From Candidatus Goldiibacteriota bacterium HGW-Goldbacteria-1 (GTDB taxonomy: Bacteria > Oederibacteriota > PGYV01), in the NCBI GenBank assembly GCA_002839855.1, contig PGYV01000002.1, forward strand, positions 203,125 to 267,124: a stretch of 64,000 nt of DNA. Reading direction: 5' to 3'. Positions 10,516 to 17,248 of the stretch are shown here, in pieces (the first letter of the stretch is position 1; the number at the start of each line of letters is the position of its first letter). The notes beneath the pieces are model-generated. The model did no database searches and was not told the DNA's origin. It saw nothing but the letters and a program-made list of their open reading frames with translations. The translations under genes were made by a program, and so were the position numbers.

Positions 10516-10929
10516 AAAGCGATTTAAGCTATAAGCAGTTAAGCATAAGCGATAGCTATGATTTTGTAGTGGTTTATTTTTTTTCTTTGAATTTGTAGGG
10601 ATAGCGCTCCCGCGCTGTCCGCGTATTTGATTTGTCCTGGTAGACGCGGGTCTTCAGCCCGCGGCAGTTGGTTTGTATTTAATGTTTGTATTTATATTTA
10701 TATTTATATTTGTATTTGTATTTGTATTGGTATTGGTATTGGTATTGGTAGACGCGGGTCTTCAGCCCGCGGTAGTTGATTTGTATTTAATGTTTGTATT
10801 TGCCATGGTAGGCGAACCCTTTAGGGTGCGGCAGTTGTTCTTGAACGGTCTGCCTTGTCGCCGTTCTTCCGTCCCTCGGTTCTACTGACCTTCCAAGCCT
10901 CTAACCATCCAAGCCTCCAAGCATCTCTC
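10516..10929. repeat. Composite intergenic repeat, copy 2. Contains the 'aagctataagcagttaagcataagc' module, two REP-like hairpins, a microsatellite and the 'CCAAGCCT' module
   Basis: GTAGACGCGGGTCTTCAGCCCGCGG occurs at 10639 and 10747. A second hairpin CGAACCCTTTAGGGTGCG occurs at about 10815. The CCAAGCCT tail spans 10861-10929. Confidence 0.75.
10661..10741. repeat. Compound hexanucleotide microsatellite (TATTTA)n(TTTGTA)n(TTGGTA)n
   Basis: Directly visible as tttatatttatatttatatttgtatttgtatttgtattggtattggtattggtattgg. Confidence 0.9.
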
Positions 10930-10944
10930 AAGATAAAAATTCCC

Positions 10945-10973
10945 TTGCCAAACCTCCGCCACAGCCATATAAT
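10945..10973 (+). promoter_or_regulatory. sigma70-like promoter TTGCCA-N17-TATAAT with a conserved roughly 110-nt leader. Duplicated at 16937
   Basis: -35 TTGCCA, a 17-bp spacer and -10 TATAAT. The next roughly 110 nt are near-identical to 16966-17075. Confidence 0.55.
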
Positions 10974-11163
10974 ACCAATTGTGGCAGGGGTAATATAAAA
11001 GGAAGCGGAGGGAAGATGGAATTGGGAGCAAAAAATCGTTTTTCGTTTCTGCCTGTTATCAACAACAACTTCCCTAAAACTATGTTAAGTTTTGCCTATT
11101 TCGCGAATTTATATTCAAATTCCAAACGCAAGGGTATGGATAATAACGAGTTTTTTGTTCTGA

Positions 11164-11190
11164 TTTCAAGGTCTGGTATGAGATTATTAT
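11164..11190 (+). promoter_or_regulatory. Conserved upstream element TTTCAAGGTCYGGYAYGRG-TTATTAT (copy 1 of 4)
   Basis: Lies 25-50 nt upstream of the 11215 start codon. Paralogous copies occur at 13996, 15609 and 17141. Confidence 0.5.
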
Positions 11191-11214
11191 TTTGAATTAG
11201 GGAGGTTTTTGCGA

Positions 11215-12471
11215 ATGGCTAAAAATATTTCTTTTATAAGTATGCTGCGAGTAGTTGTTCGATTACATTCTAAAGGTATTGTCTGCGCGTTTTTATTAAT
11301 TTCAGTATCAACTATGGTATGCATTTCCTGTTCCAGACACTTAAGCCCGCCTGCTATTTCAACATCTCCGGTAACGCAGGTTCCAACTGCGGCTATTTCG
11401 GGTACTGTCTCTGCTGCGGCTTCTCATACTTTTACAAATACAGATACACCTGTTGTTTTTTACACAAATACAGAAACAAGTACGTTTACAATGACAGATA
11501 CATTTACACCAACTCGAACGGCAACAAATACCAAAACTCCTATTCCAACACTGTCTTCGGCGCAGATAATAGCCACGCAGACTGTAGTTGCGGAAATGGT
11601 GGCAGTCCCCGGGGGTACGTTTACGCAGGCGGATTCATATGGAAATTACAGTTTCGTTCACACAATTTCACCATTTAAGATTGCAAAATATGAACTTACT
11701 TATGATCTTTGGTATAAAGTGTATGATTGGTCCAGACAATCGGGTAATTATGTATATGCAAGTAATTACAGTGTCAGTGAAGGTTTTATAGGAACAACTA
11801 AACAACCGACCAACGCGAGATTTCAACCGGCTTATGGCATGTCCTGGTATGATGCAATCATTTGGTGTAATGCTTATAGTGAACTGGCAGGATTGACACC
11901 TGTTTACTATAAAGATCCTGCATTTCTTATTCCGCATAATGTTTCAAAGATAATATATCCACCAGATATTGATCCAACTCCCGGGAGTATTGATTATCCG
12001 TATGTGAAATGGGATGCAAATGGATATAGGTTACCTACATATGGAGAATGGCAATACGCGGCAAGGTATATTGACGGAACCAGTTGGCTTCCAACCAATT
12101 ACGCAAGTGGAGCGGCGGATTTTGAATATAACAGTTATGCAACAATGGCTGTTGCGTGGTGCGTGGAAAATTCAGATTATTATACGCATATTGTAGGTTT
12201 GTTGATCCCAAATGCACTGGGGATTTATGATATGTCCGGAAATGTTTCAGAGTGGTGTTGGGATTGGGGTAATACTTATTTCCCGAATACGCCGAAAGTA
12301 AATTACAGGGGACCGGATGTCTGTAGCCTGATAAATCCGGGACGAATAATAGCGGGTTCTTATTTTACTATCAGTTCTTTTGATTCCGGTGTTCATTATC
12401 TCAGTTGGAGTGATTTATTCTATGGGAACATGGGTGGTGCAGTAACAATAAGACTTGTCAGATCAAACTGA
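11215..12471 (+). CDS. Secreted lipoprotein with a Thr-rich linker and a C-terminal FGE-sulfatase (SUMF1-like) domain
   Basis: Lipobox-like 'MVCISC'. Low-complexity 'TNTDTPVVFYTNTETSTFTMTDTFTPTRTATNTKTP'. FGE-family motifs 'GYRLPTYGEWQYAARY' and 'YDMSGNVSEWCWDW'. Confidence 0.75.
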   Translation: MAKNISFISMLRVVVRLHSKGIVCAFLLISVSTMVCISCSRHLSPPAISTSPVTQVPTAAISGTVSAAASHTFTNTDTPVVFYTNTETSTFTMTDTFTPTRTATNTKTPIPTLSSAQIIATQTVVAEMVAVPGGTFTQADSYGNYSFVHTISPFKIAKYELTYDLWYKVYDWSRQSGNYVYASNYSVSEGFIGTTKQPTNARFQPAYGMSWYDAIIWCNAYSELAGLTPVYYKDPAFLIPHNVSKIIYPPDIDPTPGSIDYPYVKWDANGYRLPTYGEWQYAARYIDGTSWLPTNYASGAADFEYNSYATMAVAWCVENSDYYTHIVGLLIPNALGIYDMSGNVSEWCWDWGNTYFPNTPKVNYRGPDVCSLINPGRIIAGSYFTISSFDSGVHYLSWSDLFYGNMGGAVTIRLVRSN

Positions 12472-12520
12472 CGGTGTTTTTTACTTTTAAATCGCGTTTC
12501 TAACATATAAAAGGGGTGTT

Positions 12521-13846
12521 TTGATGAGAGTGGCTGCAATCATACCGGTTTTGATAGTATTAATAGAGGGATGTACTGCTCACAGAGCGCCGTCACCTGT
12601 CACTGCGGTGGTGATTCCTGCTGAAAGTGTTACAGTTACCGCGACATATACTTTGACAGCAGTAAGCACGCATACGCCTGCGGCTTCTATCAGCCCGACA
12701 CATACCCCCGCTGCCACTGCCACTGCCACTGCTACTCCGGGATGTTTTGTTGTCACGTTTGCCGATCCTAATTTAGAACAACTTATTAGAGCGAAGATTG
12801 CTAAGTATAGTGGAGACATATATAACTGTGATCTGGCAGGGATTTATGAAATTGATGTGGTTTTTGAAATTTATGATTTATCGGGTTTGGAATATTGTAC
12901 AAATGTAAAATATTTAGATCTTGACTTTTTTAAGGGGAATACTTTAGCGCAGTTGGCTACTATGAAGCAATTAGTAAATATACACATTCACGGCAAAGGT
13001 CAGGTGATAGATATAACGTCATTAAGTGAATGCACGATTTTATCAACGTTAAAACTAATAAACGTTGACATATCCGGCACTGTAAGTTCAATTAGTAATT
13101 TGTTTAATCTGGTGGTTTTAGATCTTGATTCTGAGTCTTTACCAAATCTTTCGGCTTTATCAGCGCTTACAAAACTTGTATATCTAAGTGTTTCTGCCTC
13201 GAATTTAAGTGATATTTCGGCCATTTCGGGATTAACGAATGTAGAGTATTTGGATATTGTTGCCGGCGGAATTACTTCTTTATCCGTTTTAAGCGGATTA
13301 GATTTACGTGAATTTTCATTTACTCATCTCCCAAGATACATAAGAAGGTCAATAGTATCAGATCTTTCGCCTTTTGCAGGCATGACAAATCTGGAGATTT
13401 TTAGAGTGTCGGGTGCTGAAATTACCGATATTTCTCCTTTGTCTAATTGTACGTCTTTGATTAATCTTACTATTAATGATACGCTTATTACCAACCTTAA
13501 CGCGTTATCTGCTTTGTCAAATCTTCAAGATGTTACTCTTTGGGAAAATATAAATCTTGATGATATAAGCGGCCTTGCAAATTCTAAAAGTATTTCCGAC
13601 CTTTCTATTATTGGTTCGAAAGTATCAGATATAAGTGCTATATCTACTATGTCTTGTTTATTTTCGATTGACCTGCCTAATAATATGATAACGGACATAC
13701 ATCCCATTGTGTTAAATGCGCAGGATAGTTCGTGTGGACAGAGTCCTTATAGTATTTTCTTGACAGGCAATCCGCTAAGTGCCGCGGCATTAGCAGACAT
13801 AGAATTGCTTGAAAATACTTACGGGGTAAGTGTCATGTATGAATAA
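12521..13846 (+). CDS. Leucine-rich-repeat (internalin-like) lipoprotein with a Thr/Ala-rich linker
   Basis: Signal/lipobox 'LIVLIEGC'. Repeated 'L..L..L..LDLS...I.DIS.LS.L.NL' units, for example 'ITDISPLSNCTSLINLTINDTLITNLNALSALSNLQDVTL'. Confidence 0.75.
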   Translation: MMRVAAIIPVLIVLIEGCTAHRAPSPVTAVVIPAESVTVTATYTLTAVSTHTPAASISPTHTPAATATATATPGCFVVTFADPNLEQLIRAKIAKYSGDIYNCDLAGIYEIDVVFEIYDLSGLEYCTNVKYLDLDFFKGNTLAQLATMKQLVNIHIHGKGQVIDITSLSECTILSTLKLINVDISGTVSSISNLFNLVVLDLDSESLPNLSALSALTKLVYLSVSASNLSDISAISGLTNVEYLDIVAGGITSLSVLSGLDLREFSFTHLPRYIRRSIVSDLSPFAGMTNLEIFRVSGAEITDISPLSNCTSLINLTINDTLITNLNALSALSNLQDVTLWENINLDDISGLANSKSISDLSIIGSKVSDISAISTMSCLFSIDLPNNMITDIHPIVLNAQDSSCGQSPYSIFLTGNPLSAAALADIELLENTYGVSVMYE

Positions 13847-13854
13847 AAACGGTG

Positions 13855-13890
13855 GCAGACATTGGAAGTAAAATGTCTGCTTGATATTGT
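13855..13890 (+). terminator. Hairpin terminator candidate after the LRR gene
   Basis: GCAGACAT-N10-ATGTCTGC followed by a T-rich stretch. Confidence 0.45.
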
Positions 13891-13995
13891 TTCCCAAATT
13901 GCACTCTAGCTCTTTGTGGGGTAGGTAAAACATATAATTAGGAAAAAGGCATAAGTCTGTCAGGCGGAAATGGGTTATTAATTATTTATTTCAAC

Positions 13996-14024
13996 TTTAA
14001 AGATTTGGTATGGGCACTTTAATA
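13996..14024 (+). promoter_or_regulatory. Conserved upstream element (copy 2 of 4), diverged: TTTAAAGATTTGGTATGGGCACTTTAAT
   Basis: Same position relative to the start codon. Preceded by the conserved block 'GGTAAAACATATAAT..GGCATAAG.CTGTCAG.CGGAAAT', which is shared with 15540-15600. Confidence 0.45.
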
Positions 14025-14047
14025 CTATATTTATGCGGGAGGCTGAT

Positions 14048-14884
14048 ATGCGGCTGAATCGTTATTTTTTTGTTATGTTTTTTGTGTTTATATTTGTTAT
14101 TTCCGCGCAGTCAAAAGATGCTGCTTATTATATGAAAGCGGGAATAGAAAGGGATGGTTCAGGAGATGATAGAGGAGCTTTAAAAAATTATAATCAGGTT
14201 ATTAAATTAGATCCTTCAAATGCAAAGGCGTATTCGTACCGCGGTGTAATTGAAGAAAGAGCCGGCAAGTTAAAAGAAGCGCTTATTGATTTTGATAAAG
14301 CGGTGGCTTTAGATCCTGATTTTGCGGATGCACATTTTAACAGGGGTGTAGTATTAGATAAACTTAAGCAATATGAAAAGGCCTTAAAAGCATATGATAA
14401 AGCAATAGAATTAGAACCCAAAATGGCATCTGCATACTTTAACCGTGGAAATGTAAAAGTTTCTATTAATAACCTTAAATCAGCAATAAAAGATTACAGC
14501 ATGGCAATACAAATTAATCCCAAATATATCGGCGCATATTATAACAGAGGCAGTGCCAGAGATAAAAATGGAGAGTTAAAATTGGCTTTGGCAGATTTTG
14601 ATGAGATACTTAAATTAAATGAAAATATAGCAGAAGCATATGTTAAACGCGGAAAAATCAAAATGAAACTAAACGACTATAACGGAGCAGTTGATGATTT
14701 TAGTGTTTTGATAACAGGTTATCAGGGGCCGCCTGATGAGTATATTTCTGAATTGTACTTTCTTCGCGGTTTTTGTTTTGAGAAACTGGCTAAATATAAA
14801 AATGCAATACGCGATTTTGAACTGTCAGCGGAATTTGGTTCGGCAGATGCAAAAGAACATCTGGTCAATTTAAAAGGGAAGTAA
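14048..14884 (+). CDS. TPR-repeat protein, secreted
   Basis: Signal peptide 'FFVMFFVFIFVISAQS'. About seven TPR units ('AKAYSYRGVIEERAGKLKEALIDFDKAVALDP' and similar). Start chosen at the second ATG, which follows a GGGAGG RBS. Confidence 0.75.
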   Translation: MRLNRYFFVMFFVFIFVISAQSKDAAYYMKAGIERDGSGDDRGALKNYNQVIKLDPSNAKAYSYRGVIEERAGKLKEALIDFDKAVALDPDFADAHFNRGVVLDKLKQYEKALKAYDKAIELEPKMASAYFNRGNVKVSINNLKSAIKDYSMAIQINPKYIGAYYNRGSARDKNGELKLALADFDEILKLNENIAEAYVKRGKIKMKLNDYNGAVDDFSVLITGYQGPPDEYISELYFLRGFCFEKLAKYKNAIRDFELSAEFGSADAKEHLVNLKGK

Positions 14885-14930
14885 AACGTGTCTTAACTCT
14901 TGCATGGCAGGGTGAAAACGTAACAGGAGA

Positions 14931-15479
14931 ATGATGGCGAATAAAAAGCGGATTTCTGCGGATAAAACTAAAAAGAGAGCAAAAAAAGCAGATAAAACGA
15001 AGGCAAAAAAGGCCATACCCGCGGTTAAACCGCCGGGGCAAAACCGCGGCGTTGCCATAAAGAAAACGCCTGTTTTGCTTGTAATACTTTTTCAGTTAAT
15101 TACTCTTGGTATTTATTATCCTATATGGTTTTTGCGCAGGATGAAAAGTTTTAATAAAATGGCAAAAATTACAGGGGAAGTGGAAATATCCAAAGCGGCG
15201 CTAGTCTTTGCACTGGTTCTTGAAATTTTATCTGCGGTTGCGGTGCTATTTGGTTCACGTGCGGGTATTTTTTCACTTATTACATTTATTTTGCTCACAG
15301 TTCAGGCTTTTAGAAGCAGAAGGATTATGGTTTCGTACCAGAAGATGCATAAAATAAAACTGGTAATGCCGGGTTTAGCGGTATTTTTTATTTCACCGTA
15401 TTATCTGCAGTATGAGATTAACAGATTGAATATTAAGATAGGGACAAGGCGTAAAAAAAATACCCGTATCAGATCATAG
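14931..15479 (+). CDS. Small membrane protein with a Lys-rich N-terminus
   Basis: 'KKRISADKTKKRAKKADKTKAKKA' followed by about 3 TM helices. Confidence 0.45.
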   Translation: MMANKKRISADKTKKRAKKADKTKAKKAIPAVKPPGQNRGVAIKKTPVLLVILFQLITLGIYYPIWFLRRMKSFNKMAKITGEVEISKAALVFALVLEILSAVAVLFGSRAGIFSLITFILLTVQAFRSRRIMVSYQKMHKIKLVMPGLAVFFISPYYLQYEINRLNIKIGTRRKKNTRIRS

Positions 15480-15608
15480 GATAAGAAAGCATAAATTTTA
15501 TTGTGTAATATTTTATTCCGAACTGCAGTTTCGTTCTTTGTGTGGCAGGGTAAAACATATAATAATAAAATGGCATAAGCCTGTCAGACGGAAATTATCT
15601 TCCGGGAC

Positions 15609-15649
15609 GGTTTTACTTTCTGGTTTCAAGATCCGGTACGGGTTATTAT
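15609..15649 (+). promoter_or_regulatory. Conserved upstream element (copy 3 of 4) GGTTTTACTTTCTGGTTTCAAGATCCGGTACGGGTTATTAT
   Basis: Near-identical to 17141-17181. Confidence 0.5.
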
Positions 15650-15686
15650 ATTGCTGTTATGAAAATCGAGATACAGGAGGGTATGA

Positions 15687-16889
15687 ATGAAGAATATTTT
15701 AATAACGTTTATATTTTTGGTTATGGGCATTATTCCTGCCATTGCTTTGGAAAAACCGAATAATTCCAAGGCTGTAGATGAAAAGATGGAAAAGATAAGG
15801 ACGATGGAAGATAAAACGATTCAAATGAAACTCGGCAGGTCATATATCGCAGAACTGGATGGTATGATTCAAAAAGACGCCAAAAATCCTGAACTTTTCT
15901 ATAAAAAAGGAAATGTTTATTTTTATATAGAGGATGATGCAAACGCCATAAAGTTCTTTTCCGAGGCCATTTCTCTGTCTCCTGCGGTTTCTGTTTATCA
16001 CTTTAAAAAAGGAATATCACTGTATTATCTTAGGGACATTGACGGTTCCATAAAAGAGTTAAAAACATCAGCTGAGTTGGATAAGAAGTGCGAAGAATGT
16101 TTTTATGAGTTGGGCTGCAGATACTCTGAAAAAGATGATTTTGCGAACGCTGAAGCGGCTTTTAAATCGGCGCTCAGGATAAATCCGGAATTTCCGGATG
16201 CTATGTCGAAGCTTGGCGGATTATATGCGGAAAAGAGAATGTATGAAAAAGCACTTCCGTTTTTCAGGGAAATAGTTAAACGCAGGCCTGAAAATGTAAG
16301 TGATTTATATAACCTGGGGGTGGTACTGCAGCAGCTAAGGAATAATAAAGAGGCAGCAGACTGTTTTTCGGCTGTTGTCAAGAAAAACAAAGAAGACTGG
16401 CAGGCGATAGCAAAACTTTTACAGATAAGCCAGTCAGCTGACCGCGATGAAGAAGTGAATAAATATATGAAAATGCTTTTTGCGCTATATAGGGCGGGAA
16501 AAGTAGGTAAGGATTCATTTTGCAGGGAACAAATATGGGCTGGTGATGTACAGATAGTAGTTATGCAGGCCTTTGAGTTAAAAGGCGAATTTGCCAAACC
16601 GTATGTATTTCTTTTGACCGACTCTAAGACAGGCAGGACGCTTTATGAACTTAGTCTGGAGTCGTTTGAAGCAGACACGCAGATTGCCAGAGAGACCGGA
16701 CAGATAAAAAAAGATGAGAGGGTATATACGTATGATTATCATGATACTTCTGACGGTGATTTTCACGGTACTCTTGGGATAGTGAACAAAAAACCGGAAT
16801 ATAAGAAATTAAGGAAAATTATGCTTGGATTTGTTGATAGCAAAAATAAAGGAACACTTAAATTTGTAAGTTCTACCGTTACAAAATGA
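15687..16889 (+). CDS. TPR-repeat protein, secreted
   Basis: Signal peptide 'ILITFIFLVMGIIPAIA'. TPR units ('AEAAFKSALRINPEFPDAMSKLGGLYAEKRMYEKALPFF'). Confidence 0.7.
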   Translation: MKNILITFIFLVMGIIPAIALEKPNNSKAVDEKMEKIRTMEDKTIQMKLGRSYIAELDGMIQKDAKNPELFYKKGNVYFYIEDDANAIKFFSEAISLSPAVSVYHFKKGISLYYLRDIDGSIKELKTSAELDKKCEECFYELGCRYSEKDDFANAEAAFKSALRINPEFPDAMSKLGGLYAEKRMYEKALPFFREIVKRRPENVSDLYNLGVVLQQLRNNKEAADCFSAVVKKNKEDWQAIAKLLQISQSADRDEEVNKYMKMLFALYRAGKVGKDSFCREQIWAGDVQIVVMQAFELKGEFAKPYVFLLTDSKTGRTLYELSLESFEADTQIARETGQIKKDERVYTYDYHDTSDGDFHGTLGIVNKKPEYKKLRKIMLGFVDSKNKGTLKFVSSTVTK

Positions 16890-16936
16890 ATTTAACAGGA
16901 TTGACCCCGAGCTGCTGCTTTTAATAAAAAATACCA

Positions 16937-16965
16937 TTGCCAAATACCTGTTATCGCCATATAAT
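16937..16965 (+). promoter_or_regulatory. sigma70-like promoter TTGCCA-N17-TATAAT plus conserved leader (copy 2)
   Basis: Paralog of 10945-10973. The leader 16966-17075 is about 95 percent identical to 10974-11084 apart from a 1-nt indel. Confidence 0.55.
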
Positions 16966-17140
16966 ACCAATTGTGGAAGGGGTAATATAAAAGGAATCGG
17001 AGGGAAGATGGAATTGGGAGCAAAAATCGTTTTTCGTTTCTGCCTGTTATCAACAACAACTTCACAATAACTTTGTTTATTTTTGCCTATTTTGCGAATC
17101 TAAATTCGATTTCCAAAAGCAAAGTTATGAATAATTACTT

Positions 17141-17181
17141 GGTTTTACTTTCTACTTTCAAGGTCCGGCACGGGTTATTAT
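17141..17181 (+). promoter_or_regulatory. Conserved upstream element (copy 4 of 4) GGTTTTACTTTCTACTTTCAAGGTCCGGCACGGGTTATTAT
   Basis: Lies 68 nt upstream of the GHKL ATPase gene start. Confidence 0.5.
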
Positions 17182-17248
17182 TCATAAATTATGTAAGTTG
17201 TAATAGTAAATAGTTTATATAAAATGGTTTTGTATGGAGGCGGAGTAT

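Noticed and set aside
10639-10801. Possible mini-CRISPR (two 55-bp direct repeats with a 50-bp spacer)
   Set aside because: Only two repeat units. The spacer is a hexanucleotide microsatellite. The repeat includes a palindromic REP-like hairpin that is also found inverted at 21641. No cas genes in the window.
10673-10888. ORF 'MYLMFVFIFIFIFVFVFVLVLVLV' (71 aa)
   Set aside because: Translation of the microsatellite and hairpin repeat, not a gene.
11016-11195. 59-codon ORF inside the conserved leader with an apparent GGAGG RBS
   Set aside because: The paralogous leader copy at 16966-17075 has a 1-nt deletion that truncates the ORF to about 20 codons while nucleotide identity stays about 95 percent. 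Conservation is therefore not at the protein level.
17234-17248. Upstream alternative start (MEAEY) for the GHKL gene
   Set aside because: The downstream ATG at 17249 is preceded by GGAGG with 7-nt spacing. The upstream ATG lacks an RBS. Kept only as an alternative.
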